Part shown: positions 16,512-26,878 of the stretch, in pieces
Layout of the letters: every line of letters begins with the position of its first letter
Numbering within the stretch: the stretch's first letter is position 1
Virus record (IMG/VR): IMGVR_UViG_3300031576_000013
Span: 1 to 64,000 of that record
DNA from: a virus
DNA: 64,000 nucleotides
Strand: one strand, 5' to 3'
Notes under the pieces: model-generated
Seen by the model: the letters and a program-made list of their open reading frames with translations, nothing else
Told to the model about the DNA's origin: nothing
Database searches by the model: none
Translations under genes and position numbers: made by a program

Positions 16512-18530
16512 TTACGCTGTGCGATAGACTAACAGGCGGGTCATGGAGAACGGGCCGGCGCCAACCGAGCTAATTCCCCAGATCACGCCCTCCGTATCGG
16601 GGGCTCCTAATGATTCGACAGCGTTTACTGACGCTCCGATTGGCGTACTCGATACGAGTATCGGTGGTGCACCAAACTTGTGGCGGAACGTTAGACCGTA
16701 GGCGAATACTTGGCCGGCTCCTGTTGCTACACCTGAAATAGAGGCTCTGAGCGTTGTCTCCGCGCCTTTGCCGTTGACGAGCAAGTCGCCGCCGGAAAGC
16801 AGTTCTGTTTCCGATAACTCGTCAGCCACACCGTCAAACGGCTGCTTGAGCGCTATTTGTCCTTCCCAGTCGGTTGTCGAATCGACCAAGACTCCATCAC
16901 CCCAAGTGCCGACTGATCCACCACGTTTGAACGCGGCTGAGAAAACATGGCCGTTCGAGCCGCCTCCATCGTGGAAACTAAATTTATGGGCTGACTCTCC
17001 CGCAATGTCTTTTGCCCACGCTGTGCCGATCCACGAGGCGTTGATGGTGATCGCGTACGATCCAGTCCCGTCCGTCCCTGATTTCTCTGCATATAGGCGG
17101 ATGTACTTACCGGCGTTACCCAACGCGAATTTGAGGAGCTGCTTCTTGTCGTCGATGCCGGGTTGGGCAACATCGACGATCATGGCCGCTTCGGCGTTGA
17201 GGCCGCCGCCATTGAAGAATTGTTCGTCGGGAGTGAATATGTTTGTTTGATTCAGCTTCGGGAGTAAAGCATCACGGGTATTCAGTTGGCCGACCAGATT
17301 CACCAAGACGGCTTGCAAGTCGTCCGCAGTCAGCGCGTAGACCGCGCCCGTGATCGCCGCCACGTCGATCGCATCGGCGATGTGGCGTACTCCCGTCCCG
17401 TTGATGTGATTGTTGAGGAAGGCAAGCAGATCGTTCAATGCTGCGCCAACCGTGCCGGGGCCTAACGTAAATGGCCCTGTCGTTATCGTTTCGGTGCCGA
17501 TCTTGCTGATACCGTCATTACCGCCGGTCGTGCTCGCGAGTCGCGAGATCATCGAGTCGATCTGTCCTTGCAGACCGTCTGTGATCAGCCCGCCGCCCGC
17601 TTTGGCGGGGTTCGTAGCGCCGTCTGCCCAGTTCGGGCCGGCTTCGTAATCGATGTTTTTTGCTTTGTGTTTTCCGGTCGGCGCGGTTGTCGAAATGTGC
17701 GTCGCAAACGCTGATGTCGTGACCGACAATCGCGCTCTCAGCTTCAAAAGCACATCGCGAAGACCACGCCGGATGATGTTCGCTTCGGTCGGATCGGTTG
17801 GGCTGGGTTCATCCAGTAGAACCGGGACTGGTTGCAGCGGATCGACGTTCGCCCTGAACAGATCGCCGCGTCTGTTGAATCGAGGACGTTTGTTCACGTC
17901 GCCGTCGGCTTCGGTGAAAATCCCCGTCGTATTGCGGAGGAAGTCGCCGATGATGACCGTGTTGGGATCCGGCGGCGGCCTGCGGTGTTCTGCGGGAAGG
18001 ACGTCTGGCCCCGCGTTCGCGAACGATGCGCCGATCTTGATCCTGAATTTGAAACTCTCGTCGCGTTTGAAAAAGACCTCTTGTGCGTTTCCGTCGATTC
18101 GTGGATCGGATAGGTTGCGATCGAACAGGATCATCAAGGTGAGCCAGCGGAATTCGCCAGCGCTCGGAACGGTGAGTGGACCACCGGTCGTAGATCCACC
18201 GACGCCTACCGGTGTGTCGCCCGCCGCTGTCGCGTCGATTTCGACGTCGATCGGGACGTTGATGCGGCGTCCCTGCGGGTCGTAGCACGTCCCTTTGCCG
18301 ACCGGGATCTTGAGAGTTGCCGGCGTGCCGGGCTTGAGGCCGTTGACGATGCCACCGAAGAGCGCGTTCTCGGAACTCGACGTGATCGGTGTGCCCGTCG
18401 CGTCTGCTTGCTGCGCGAGCTGATGATCGACCGCAACGTTCAGATCGGCGGTTTCGAGATCGCCCAGAGCTGAGTCGATCTCAGCTTCGGTCACGCGCTG
18501 CTTGAAGTGCCAATCCCGGATATTCGCCAT
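16512..18530 (-). CDS. Baseplate-anchored tail fibre protein
   Basis: N-terminal FKQRVTEAEID...ADLN...DPRIDGN..VFFKRDESF typical of myxobacterial phage-tail clusters; H.A..I repeats; follows the baseplate genes. Confidence 0.75.
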   Translation of the reverse strand: MANIRDWHFKQRVTEAEIDSALGDLETADLNVAVDHQLAQQADATGTPITSSSENALFGGIVNGLKPGTPATLKIPVGKGTCYDPQGRRINVPIDVEIDATAAGDTPVGVGGSTTGGPLTVPSAGEFRWLTLMILFDRNLSDPRIDGNAQEVFFKRDESFKFRIKIGASFANAGPDVLPAEHRRPPPDPNTVIIGDFLRNTTGIFTEADGDVNKRPRFNRRGDLFRANVDPLQPVPVLLDEPSPTDPTEANIIRRGLRDVLLKLRARLSVTTSAFATHISTTAPTGKHKAKNIDYEAGPNWADGATNPAKAGGGLITDGLQGQIDSMISRLASTTGGNDGISKIGTETITTGPFTLGPGTVGAALNDLLAFLNNHINGTGVRHIADAIDVAAITGAVYALTADDLQAVLVNLVGQLNTRDALLPKLNQTNIFTPDEQFFNGGGLNAEAAMIVDVAQPGIDDKKQLLKFALGNAGKYIRLYAEKSGTDGTGSYAITINASWIGTAWAKDIAGESAHKFSFHDGGGSNGHVFSAAFKRGGSVGTWGDGVLVDSTTDWEGQIALKQPFDGVADELSETELLSGGDLLVNGKGAETTLRASISGVATGAGQVFAYGLTFRHKFGAPPILVSSTPIGASVNAVESLGAPDTEGVIWGISSVGAGPFSMTRLLVYRTA

Positions 18531-18554
18531 GTCGAATCTCGCTTTCTTGATTCT

Positions 18555-18995
18555 CTACAGAACTGCCCGCAGATGCAAGTATGCCTTCGTGACCGCGATT
18601 TCGCCGACCCCGACCGCGTCGACGGCGATCGACAAGGTTATGGGTTCCACCACCTCACCCGGATTCAAGAATCCGCTCTTGTCCCGGAAGATGTTTTCAT
18701 TCGCCGTATTCCCCAAGTTCAACGGAATAGTGAAGAGTATGGCGCCGTGTTCGGCATCGCCGATGACGGGTTTTCTCGGGCGGCGCACTAGATCGGTCCC
18801 ACCTTTCCGAACCACGAGTCTTGGATGAGGCGGCGTAAATACGGTCGTGACGTGCGCCGAGATCGCGACGTCGACCTCGACTTGTCTGAAGCCGTAAAAC
18901 AACGTGAAGTCCGCAGGAACCGAGTAAATCATTTCTTCGAGGTGCAATTCCGCCGTCCGCACCTCAAGGTCGTTTGCGAGCGTGATCAAGCTCAT
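18555..18995 (-). CDS. Small beta-rich tail-associated protein
   Basis: Start MSLITL overlaps the upstream stop (ATGA). Confidence 0.65.
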   Translation of the reverse strand: MSLITLANDLEVRTAELHLEEMIYSVPADFTLFYGFRQVEVDVAISAHVTTVFTPPHPRLVVRKGGTDLVRRPRKPVIGDAEHGAILFTIPLNLGNTANENIFRDKSGFLNPGEVVEPITLSIAVDAVGVGEIAVTKAYLHLRAVL

Positions 18996-19396
18996 GGGAC
19001 GCCTCGTATGAATACGGTCGGGAACCAGATGAAAGCGCTGTCGCTCGCACTCAGTATCGTGCTTAATACGAACTTGACGTGATCGACGACGGCGACCGGT
19101 TTGGCGATCAGGAACGGTGGGATTGAGTAGAATGTTTCGACGAACGCGGTGGGAATCACCCCCCCGACCACGAAGCCGTCGGTCAGTGTTGGGCTGCCTC
19201 CTTGTTTGACTTCCAATTTCACCAGTATCGGGGCGTTGACGAGCTTTGCGGAGAACGATCCCCGAAATTCCAAGCGCGTAAAATCCGCGAACGCGGCCGG
19301 TTCGTAATCGAGGCGGCCGAGCAGCTCGGTAGCTGTCAGCGGCCCCGAACGGGCGACCTCGTCTTGCAGGGAGAAGGTCAGGATTGGCGACGCCAT
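18992..19396 (-). CDS. Small beta-rich tail-associated protein
   Basis: TAATG coupling; C-terminus resembles that of the upstream gene. Confidence 0.65.
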   Translation of the reverse strand: MASPILTFSLQDEVARSGPLTATELLGRLDYEPAAFADFTRLEFRGSFSAKLVNAPILVKLEVKQGGSPTLTDGFVVGGVIPTAFVETFYSIPPFLIAKPVAVVDHVKFVLSTILSASDSAFIWFPTVFIRGVP

Positions 19397-21417
19397 TACG
19401 GCACCCCCTCAAGGATCAGCGTGAGCGACGTTATCGTAAGAGCAAACCCGACTGCCCCGCCAGCAAACGTCACCGAAAACACCTGATTCCCCGAACCAGG
19501 AAGCGGGATTGTGACCACGTCGGTGTAAAACGTGGCGGCGGAGGGCGCAAGGATCGGCGAAAAATCTCTGATGACCGTGCCAGGGTCTACTCCTAACGTG
19601 TCGCCGGGGCTTTTCAGCGCGCCGCCAACGCGAATTTTCACGCTGCCGGTGACGACCGCCGAGGCGTTCGTTGCGACGAACCCGATTCGGACGCGTAAAT
19701 TCGCGAAGCCGAAGTATGGATTCAGGTTGGGAATGAACGCCGTAGCGTAACGCTCGCCGCCCGTCTCGTTCGACGCCGTGGTCATGTGCAAAGCGATGCG
19801 GCCGTTGTCGGTGAGCAGTTGTGGCCCTTCGATCGCTTCGATGTCCTTCTCTTCGACCAATCGTACGAAGTGCGTATGGGCTGGCCGGCAGAAGTTGGCG
19901 ATCTCCGTGATGATCGCCTGTTGCTCGGCGTTGAAAGGGACGAGCGTGACGATCTGGAAGCTGAAACGGAGAAACGACGTTCCAACCCCGAGGATTGTGC
20001 TGACGCCGAGGAGGCTGACGCCAAGGCTCCAAAAAATGTCCGGTACGTTGAACGCGAGCACGCGGACGGGAACGCCAGTGAACAGCAGCACGAGACGTTC
20101 GATACAGCGCGCGATCCCGGACCGCTTGTAGGTTTCAACGAGGATCGCAAGTGCCTTGCGCTTGAGCGCGTCGCTATTCAAGAAGGTAAATGGGTTTCCC
20201 AGGTGGAACAGCAAAACGTCGAGCGCGAAATCGGGCGCGACGTCGATGTCGTACAAGAACTCGAAACGATCCGTGTCGCAGAGCAAGAGCTTGGCGACTT
20301 CGTCGAAGCAGCGTATGAGTCGCGTCAAGTCGCCAGTGACGTCCTCACGGATGTTGAATTCTGGGATCATCAACAGCAAATCGAAATCGCGGTTCAGCGG
20401 CGCCGGGCACAGTTCAGCCGTGAACTGGATCGTAAGATCTGCTTCATCACAAATGTTTGGCGGGAAAGCCACGTCATTGATGTTGTAGACGACCAACTTG
20501 TAAGGGCGGCCTTGGCTCAAATCCTGTTCGGTCGTCAATTCGACTTCGTCGGGCGCGATCTCGACCGTCGAGACGATACTCGGCGTGAACGTGGGAGTTA
20601 ACAGGTCCGGTTCCATGACCGCTTCGAGCTTGTACGGCCCGGTGAAACCACGCACGTCAATCAGCGGTGCCTCGCTGACTATCGTGAACTCTTCGACCGA
20701 TACCGTTTCGCTGTTGATGACGTTGGCGATGCGATAATACGCATTGTTGAGCGCCTGTTCGGAGCCGCCGAAGGATAGGAAGTCCTTCTTATTGGTGCCG
20801 ACGAATCCGGCGCCGCCTGCCAAGACCGTCGACGGCGCGGTGAAAGTCAGACGCCCCGAAATCTCTCGCTGCCGCAAAGCTCCGTAGACGCCGGTCGTCA
20901 TATCGACGGGTTCGGAGAATTTCAATCGAATCTTGTTCAGGCCGAACGTCTTGGCGGACACGAGCGCGATACAAGTCGTGTCCGCGATCGTGAATTGGTA
21001 AGTCGTATCGAGGACTTTCGCGTCGGTCGTTTCCGCGTGGACCGTAACGGTGATGACTTCCTCGGAAGTCCAATTGTTGGCGAATCGCAGTTGTAGGAAC
21101 TGTTCGTCGATGACCGCCGAGCCGGGGCTCTTGCCGACGAAAAACAGCGAATTAGCTTCAAAGTTAGGGTGAAACCCTGCCGTCTGGTCGAAGACGACGA
21201 TCGTACCCAGCGTCGCGGAACTGAGCGTGACGGTTGTCGCTACGGCCGAGCCCGCCGCACCAGGATCGACGATCTGGATCTCGATCGGCGCCTTCGAATC
21301 GACATCGCGTTCTTCCGGCTCAGGATTTCGATTGATCAGAAGCGGGCGCAACAGGGACGCCGTTGCGGCTTCCTTGATTAGATCGGCGTAGACTGAAGGT
21401 AGTGCTAGACGAGGCAT
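19396..21417 (-). CDS. Baseplate wedge / phage tail protein I-like with Ig-like extensions
   Basis: YDIDVAPDFALDVLLFHLGNPF...YKRSG...PAHTHF. Confidence 0.8.
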   Translation of the reverse strand: MPRLALPSVYADLIKEAATASLLRPLLINRNPEPEERDVDSKAPIEIQIVDPGAAGSAVATTVTLSSATLGTIVVFDQTAGFHPNFEANSLFFVGKSPGSAVIDEQFLQLRFANNWTSEEVITVTVHAETTDAKVLDTTYQFTIADTTCIALVSAKTFGLNKIRLKFSEPVDMTTGVYGALRQREISGRLTFTAPSTVLAGGAGFVGTNKKDFLSFGGSEQALNNAYYRIANVINSETVSVEEFTIVSEAPLIDVRGFTGPYKLEAVMEPDLLTPTFTPSIVSTVEIAPDEVELTTEQDLSQGRPYKLVVYNINDVAFPPNICDEADLTIQFTAELCPAPLNRDFDLLLMIPEFNIREDVTGDLTRLIRCFDEVAKLLLCDTDRFEFLYDIDVAPDFALDVLLFHLGNPFTFLNSDALKRKALAILVETYKRSGIARCIERLVLLFTGVPVRVLAFNVPDIFWSLGVSLLGVSTILGVGTSFLRFSFQIVTLVPFNAEQQAIITEIANFCRPAHTHFVRLVEEKDIEAIEGPQLLTDNGRIALHMTTASNETGGERYATAFIPNLNPYFGFANLRVRIGFVATNASAVVTGSVKIRVGGALKSPGDTLGVDPGTVIRDFSPILAPSAATFYTDVVTIPLPGSGNQVFSVTFAGGAVGFALTITSLTLILEGVP

Positions 21418-21426
21418 TTGTCGGCC

Positions 21427-22740
21427 TTACGGAGTCACGGTCACGTTCCACGTAGCCGGTGTGATCGGCACGCCCGACGTATTTCGGATACCGACCGTGA
21501 CGTGTACGACGAGCGCCTGCCCGATCGTCAACGCCGCTGACGGTGTAAACTGAACCTTCGTGTTGCCTGCCAGAAACGTGAAGCCGCCGGTCGCGAGTGG
21601 AACGCCTCCCACCGTGATGAACATGGTCGACGTCGTCACGCTTGCAGGGTCGATCGCCGAGGAAAATGTCACCTCGAACGTCGGCGGGTTCGGTCCTGGT
21701 GCGACCGACCAGATGCTCGCTATCGGGTAACCTGGTGTCGCTTGATCCGGCGAATTGATCGTGATGTCTGAGATCGTCGGTCCTACTTCCAGTGCGCCGA
21801 AGTCGATTGGATATATGTCGTTCGGTTTATCCTCGATCAACGAAAGGCGTACGGCCAGATCGCGAAAACCACCAAGATCCGGAATGTGCATCTTCAGGTC
21901 GGTTCGATAAAACGGTTCTTGGGCCGGGTGCTGGACCACCCGTGATCGTGTGACGAGCCCCGCACCCGTATCGATCATCAATGAAACCTTCCACCGATAT
22001 CCCTTCAAGAACGCCGTGATTGCGCCGCCCGACTCCATCACCAAGGCGGCCCCCGGTCTCTTGACCAGCAGTTGTCGGGCGAGGCCGTTGGTCGGGTTGA
22101 GCCTACCGAGAATTCGGTACGTGCCATTGTTCACGCCGCCGCCAGCAACGCCGCCGGTCACCACGATTTCGCGGCCCACGTCAGCCTCGCTGAGACCAGG
22201 CGAGACTATGAGCCTCTCTCCAACACCGACCTTGCCGCCGCCGGCGTAGACGCCGTTGCCTGTCGATCCGTTCAGCGAGAATGCGGTCGGACTGATCACC
22301 GTGATTGTGAAACGCCCATTCGCCGCCGTGTTGCCGGTGACGAATGCGATCCCGACCTCCTGACCGGTCTCGAGCTCATGTGGCTCGGCCGTCGTGATGA
22401 CGATGGGATCGGGATGCGGCGGATTCGTTGCGCCTGTTATGGTTCCCGAGGAAGCGCTGACGATTTTAAAGCCTGCCGAGATGTCCCCACCGCTTACCAC
22501 GCTTTGCGGCTGGCGGAATCGAAGCTGGCTTCCGATCAGTCCCGTCCCCGTCGTGTCAAATGTCACCAGCGGTTTGATCTGTATGTAATCGCCGTACGCC
22601 AGGTCGTCGATTCGATCGATCGGAACGTCCCAACCGAGGCTCCAGACATAGGCCGCGTCCCCCGCTTTCGACTGCTGGGGTAGGAGCCTGCCCTGTGTCA
22701 GCCCAAGGTAGGCTGTCAACGGTGTGTTACCAGCGGCCAA
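21427..22740 (-). CDS. Virion protein with FCCH-like beta module and C-terminal Ig-like (Big_5) domain
   Basis: ITGATN..PIVITTA.PH.L..G..V.I..V.GNTAANG.FTITV; VTFSSAIDPASVT...FTP.AAL. Confidence 0.7.
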   Translation of the reverse strand: MAAGNTPLTAYLGLTQGRLLPQQSKAGDAAYVWSLGWDVPIDRIDDLAYGDYIQIKPLVTFDTTGTGLIGSQLRFRQPQSVVSGGDISAGFKIVSASSGTITGATNPPHPDPIVITTAEPHELETGQEVGIAFVTGNTAANGRFTITVISPTAFSLNGSTGNGVYAGGGKVGVGERLIVSPGLSEADVGREIVVTGGVAGGGVNNGTYRILGRLNPTNGLARQLLVKRPGAALVMESGGAITAFLKGYRWKVSLMIDTGAGLVTRSRVVQHPAQEPFYRTDLKMHIPDLGGFRDLAVRLSLIEDKPNDIYPIDFGALEVGPTISDITINSPDQATPGYPIASIWSVAPGPNPPTFEVTFSSAIDPASVTTSTMFITVGGVPLATGGFTFLAGNTKVQFTPSAALTIGQALVVHVTVGIRNTSGVPITPATWNVTVTP

Positions 22741-22785
22741 TGTCCCCTCTTCTGGGTTCCCGGATGACGACTACTGGCAACTTGG

Positions 22786-23493
22786 TTACTTCTGTCTCAG
22801 CGTTTCGATTTGATCGAACGATCCACGTTTTTGAAGATCCTTCGAGAAGAAGGCGAAGCCGACGAAGCCACCAGAAAGAGGAATCGAACCGGAGTTGACG
22901 CCGAGGACATCGTCCACGACGTCGTCCATCCCGGGGACGGTTTGCCACGACGGATTCGTGACCGAATTCACGGTCAAGTCGTTGCGGAACACCTTGAGAA
23001 TGACGTCACCGTTCGAGTTGAAGATCGAATCGAGCCGAAGGTGCAGCCACGTATTCGGCTGAAATGACTCATCTGAAATGCGCAATGCGTTGGTTTGGGA
23101 CATCCCGCCGATCGGCGAACCTTTTCGCAGAACGATTCTGTGGGGATCGCTGTCCTCGAGGCCGAGCAGATAGCCGGTCTCGTTGGTCGCATTTCCCTGG
23201 AGGTTGATGAAGAACATGGGTGCGAAGTTGATTTGAGGCGTACCGCCAGACGTCCGCCGCTTGATAGCGCCGCGAATCGACCCGCCGGTGGGCGCAAGTG
23301 CATCGTTTTTGAGCGGGTTGAACTTGTCCTTGTTGACGTACAAGCCCGCAGCGCCTTCATCGATCGCGAGGCTGTTGAAGCCGAAAACGAAGTTGCCCCC
23401 ACCGTTCGGCTTGTCGTCACCGGTCGTGGCGCCCCGAACGATGACTGCCTGTGCCAAGCTGCCTGATAGCTCTGTCCAATCCGTCTCGGCCAT
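22786..23493 (-). CDS. Conserved baseplate-associated lectin-like protein
   Basis: MAETDW...RGAT....PNGGG.FVFGFNSL...WLHLRLD...NGDV.L as in myxobacterial tail clusters. Confidence 0.7.
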   Translation of the reverse strand: MAETDWTELSGSLAQAVIVRGATTGDDKPNGGGNFVFGFNSLAIDEGAAGLYVNKDKFNPLKNDALAPTGGSIRGAIKRRTSGGTPQINFAPMFFINLQGNATNETGYLLGLEDSDPHRIVLRKGSPIGGMSQTNALRISDESFQPNTWLHLRLDSIFNSNGDVILKVFRNDLTVNSVTNPSWQTVPGMDDVVDDVLGVNSGSIPLSGGFVGFAFFSKDLQKRGSFDQIETLRQK

Positions 23494-23511
23494 GATGATT
23501 TTCTCCTTGTG

Positions 23512-23997
23512 TTACAGAGGAAACGGTGGCGGCGGCCACCCTTCTTCGAAATCTTCGAACAGCTGTTTACCACCAAAGAAAGTGATTGATCCAGCCGCAG
23601 GCGGGGGCGTTGCTCCCACACCAGTCACCGCGACGCCGCCCGTGTCGCCGGCAGGGAAGAAATAAAATTCTTCACGGCCCTCTGCGGCTTTGGCTTCGAA
23701 TACGACAGGTGGCGGTATGCTCGGCGCACCGTCTTGGTCGTTGTACGTGAGCCCTACGAAAGTCGGTGTCAACGAATCGAGGCCGGGCGCCCCCACAACC
23801 GCGACCAGGGTGATCGCCTTGTCCGGCGGTGTCAGCACATCCTGTTGATTGAGGATGTTCCAATCGGGCGCGATCACGTTTCCGAATTCGACACGGTCGA
23901 AATCGGCTTTGTACAGATCCGTCGAGTCGACGAACCCGAGGATGTAGTTCTGGTTGTTCCGCCAACCAGCTTCGAATAATTCGGCCCCGAATGACAT
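23512..23997 (-). CDS. Acidic tail-associated protein with E.FE.GW repeats
   Basis: ELFEAGW, EDFEEGW. Confidence 0.7.
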   Translation of the reverse strand: MSFGAELFEAGWRNNQNYILGFVDSTDLYKADFDRVEFGNVIAPDWNILNQQDVLTPPDKAITLVAVVGAPGLDSLTPTFVGLTYNDQDGAPSIPPPVVFEAKAAEGREEFYFFPAGDTGGVAVTGVGATPPPAAGSITFFGGKQLFEDFEEGWPPPPFPL

Positions 23998-24851
23998 TAC
24001 GAGAAAATCGCCCTTTCTAGCTCGAGTCCAGGTTCGCCTTCGAGTTGAATCTTGCCAGTCCCTACGATCTTGACAACGGCGGTTACGTCCCGAATTCCGG
24101 TGTTACCCAGGATGGTTGATGTCACGACCGTCACGACCGAGCCGACAGGCTTACCGCGAACGTCGGTGGAAGCCGCGACAACGAACGGCGTACCGTCGGC
24201 CAGAGTCAAAGAAATGTTGAATGCGGCGTCGTCAGATGTGGGTGTGTCGATGACCTTGCCGATCAATCTGTAGTTTGCGTACTGACCAGCTACATGCGCG
24301 TCGTCGTCGACGAAGGTATTTGGGCCGACATCGAAAACGCCGAATACGATGTTCTCGTACACGGAATTTCCCGTAAAGGTTAGCGGCACGGTTCCAGGCC
24401 AACCGCCTTCGAAGTTCTCGAACAGCCGCGATCCGGCGAACACGGCAGTTTCGGTTGCGAGTGCGTCGAAGTTTTCGAGCAACCCGACTTCATTTCCTTT
24501 CCACCCGTTCTCGAAAGTCTCGCTAGGTATTCCGAAGAAGAATGCGGCGCGCAGTAAACTTCCGGAGATCGCGAATAGAAAGTCTTCGTTCGACTTCCAT
24601 CCCTGCGCGAAGTCTTCGAAGGCGGTTCCGAAGCCCGCTTCGCTCTGAAGGATGATGGTCCCATCGGGTTGCGCGATCGGATGAACCCCGAGTGGTACGC
24701 CGATCGGGATGAATGAGACCAGGATGTTCAGCCCTGGTTTGAAAAAGGTGGCGTACTCGACGAACGAAGAAACGACTTCGTGGAGCCAATCCTGGGCCGC
24801 ACCGGGTTCGGATCCCGGTTCTTCGAACGACGGATTTATGATCTCTGCCAT
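23997..24851 (-). CDS. Acidic tail-associated protein with E.FE.GW repeats
   Basis: NPSFE start; EDFAQGW, ETFENGW, ENFEGGW. Confidence 0.7.
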   Translation of the reverse strand: MAEIINPSFEEPGSEPGAAQDWLHEVVSSFVEYATFFKPGLNILVSFIPIGVPLGVHPIAQPDGTIILQSEAGFGTAFEDFAQGWKSNEDFLFAISGSLLRAAFFFGIPSETFENGWKGNEVGLLENFDALATETAVFAGSRLFENFEGGWPGTVPLTFTGNSVYENIVFGVFDVGPNTFVDDDAHVAGQYANYRLIGKVIDTPTSDDAAFNISLTLADGTPFVVAASTDVRGKPVGSVVTVVTSTILGNTGIRDVTAVVKIVGTGKIQLEGEPGLELERAIFS

Positions 24852-24860
24852 GTTATTCGA

Positions 24861-26414
24861 TCATGCGAGCGGCAGGCTCGTTTCCGCATTGATCAACGTG
24901 ACCGTTCCTAGACTTGGGAACTGACGCAGCCCGATCGTCACGCTGGTCCGGCTGCCGTTGAGTAGCAGGCCGTTCGCGCCCTCATCGACTTTTCGGAGCC
25001 CGGGCACGTCCCGGATCGCGTTCAATACGTCGCTCCACGCGATTTCGGCAATCGACGTACCCTGCGAGTTCTTCAAGTTGACACCAAAATCGATGTCGGG
25101 ATTCGGGCTTTGATCTTCGAGCGTCGCCGCGAAGAAATCATCCAACGCCGCGCGGATATCGGCATCGACGTCCACTGCAACTGCGCCTGGTTTCAAGTGG
25201 ACCTTGGCGGACACGTCGATGGTCTTGAAGGTGACTGCTATTACGTTGACCTGGAACGTGATCGTGGCGGGCTTCTCGACCGTCACCTTGTCGAGTACTT
25301 CGGCCAGTAACTGGGAGTCGGGAATTGCCGGTTCGAAACGACCTGAAGGAAGTTGCGGACCGAGCGCAACGATGACGAGAAAACCCTGGTTTTCGAGCAC
25401 GGCCGGATCCTCGTTCGAGGTGACCATCAATGCGCGAGCCACGCCGCCAACTTCCAGGGCGTGGGTTTCGAAGTCGGTACGTGAGACCGTGCGAGTCAGC
25501 GCCCGCAACGAGGCCGGCGCCAGGGCACGTGCCTGAGCAACCGTCATACGGTCGGAACCGCCCGAGAACTTTTCGAGGTTCGATACCGTGACACCGGCCA
25601 CCGGATCCGTGTCTTCGTCGAGAATCGTGTCCACGATCGTTCCCAACCTGCCGGGCTCGATGTTTCCGACCGCACCTTCGGATACTTTGTAACTGACATT
25701 GATGACGCCCTCGGGAATCTTCCCCTCCGTCCCGTTGCCGAACCTGATTCGGGCACGGTCGTTCTGGTCGACCAGCACGACGAAACGGCGCCGATCGGCC
25801 GGTGTCACCTCGGTGAAGGTTTCGATCTCCGTGTACGATCCGTCGTTCGCGACGATACTCGTGCTCCCATCGAGATACGGTGTTCGTCCAAGAATGAACT
25901 CCTGGTTGGGCAGCCCGGTCGATTCGAACAGCTCTCCTTCGATGAGCTCGGTCTGTTCCGCTGCGACGTCCACAAACGTGTTACCGACCGAGATTTCCGC
26001 GTTCACCTGATTCGTCGTTCGATACGATACCGGCGTGAGCGGATCGATCGACCTCATCCGCGTCCCCGGAGGGATGATGACCTTCTTCAAGAGCGGGGCA
26101 GGAATCGAAAACCTTGCGACACCGGTCGCTTTAGTCACGCCGGTCAGCGTGAAGTTGATCAATCGCCCCAGCCGTATCGCTGAAATCCGGCGTGTCAAAG
26201 TCGGCCAGAAAGCCTCCCGCGCCTGCGCGTCCTGGTAAAAGCTGATGTTGTCTCCCACGTAGGCGAGCAATTCGACGACCAGGTTTCCAAAATTTGCGGA
26301 ATTGAAGTCGGTCCAGGTAGGAAACACCGAACGTGCGAGTCCTTGCAGCCGCAACCGCAGGCTCGCGAAATCGCGGTCCGTGTAATCAAGAATCGGTGTC
26401 GGAATCAGCGCCAT
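24861..26414 (-). CDS. Baseplate J/gp47-like wedge protein
   Basis: DYTDRDF..LR...WTDFN...ELLAYVGD; FGNG..GKIP; RTVSRTDFE; start at MALIP after an RBS inside a motif copy. Confidence 0.93.
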   Translation of the reverse strand: MALIPTPILDYTDRDFASLRLRLQGLARSVFPTWTDFNSANFGNLVVELLAYVGDNISFYQDAQAREAFWPTLTRRISAIRLGRLINFTLTGVTKATGVARFSIPAPLLKKVIIPPGTRMRSIDPLTPVSYRTTNQVNAEISVGNTFVDVAAEQTELIEGELFESTGLPNQEFILGRTPYLDGSTSIVANDGSYTEIETFTEVTPADRRRFVVLVDQNDRARIRFGNGTEGKIPEGVINVSYKVSEGAVGNIEPGRLGTIVDTILDEDTDPVAGVTVSNLEKFSGGSDRMTVAQARALAPASLRALTRTVSRTDFETHALEVGGVARALMVTSNEDPAVLENQGFLVIVALGPQLPSGRFEPAIPDSQLLAEVLDKVTVEKPATITFQVNVIAVTFKTIDVSAKVHLKPGAVAVDVDADIRAALDDFFAATLEDQSPNPDIDFGVNLKNSQGTSIAEIAWSDVLNAIRDVPGLRKVDEGANGLLLNGSRTSVTIGLRQFPSLGTVTLINAETSLPLA

Positions 26415-26460
26415 GACTGTCCCCCTCTTCTGGGTTCCCGGATGACTGTTACCAGTCACC

Positions 26461-26868
26461 TTAGATTTTGACCTCGAACGTATCAGGTCCAAGTAATACA
26501 CGGTTTCCAGCGACGTTGCGATCGATTATCGACCAATTGATCCGCGCGATCACGGTCGTATCGAAGCGGGTGACCTTCACGTCGATCACCCTGACGCGCG
26601 GCTCGAACTGTCTAATTGCGGCTTGAAGCTCCTCGGCTACCATCGCTGCAAACGATTCGGTACTCAGTTTGTGGCGCTGGCGGTCCATCGCCGCGCCGAA
26701 TGCGGGATTCCACCGGATCTCGCCTTTACGAGTTCCAATGATCTGGCGGATCGTCGAGCGGATGAGCGGCACACCGGAGCCGAAGACGAAGTCGTTCCCA
26801 CCACGCCGTTCGAGCGGGATGATCGGCCCTGCCCCGAGGAAATCTTGGGCCTGTCTGTCGGTAACCAT
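26461..26868 (-). CDS. GPW/gp25 family sheath initiator
   Basis: IRQIIGTRKGE....P.FG...FEPRV. Confidence 0.93.
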   Translation of the reverse strand: MVTDRQAQDFLGAGPIIPLERRGGNDFVFGSGVPLIRSTIRQIIGTRKGEIRWNPAFGAAMDRQRHKLSTESFAAMVAEELQAAIRQFEPRVRVIDVKVTRFDTTVIARINWSIIDRNVAGNRVLLGPDTFEVKI

Positions 26869-26878
26869 TTTGCGAATC

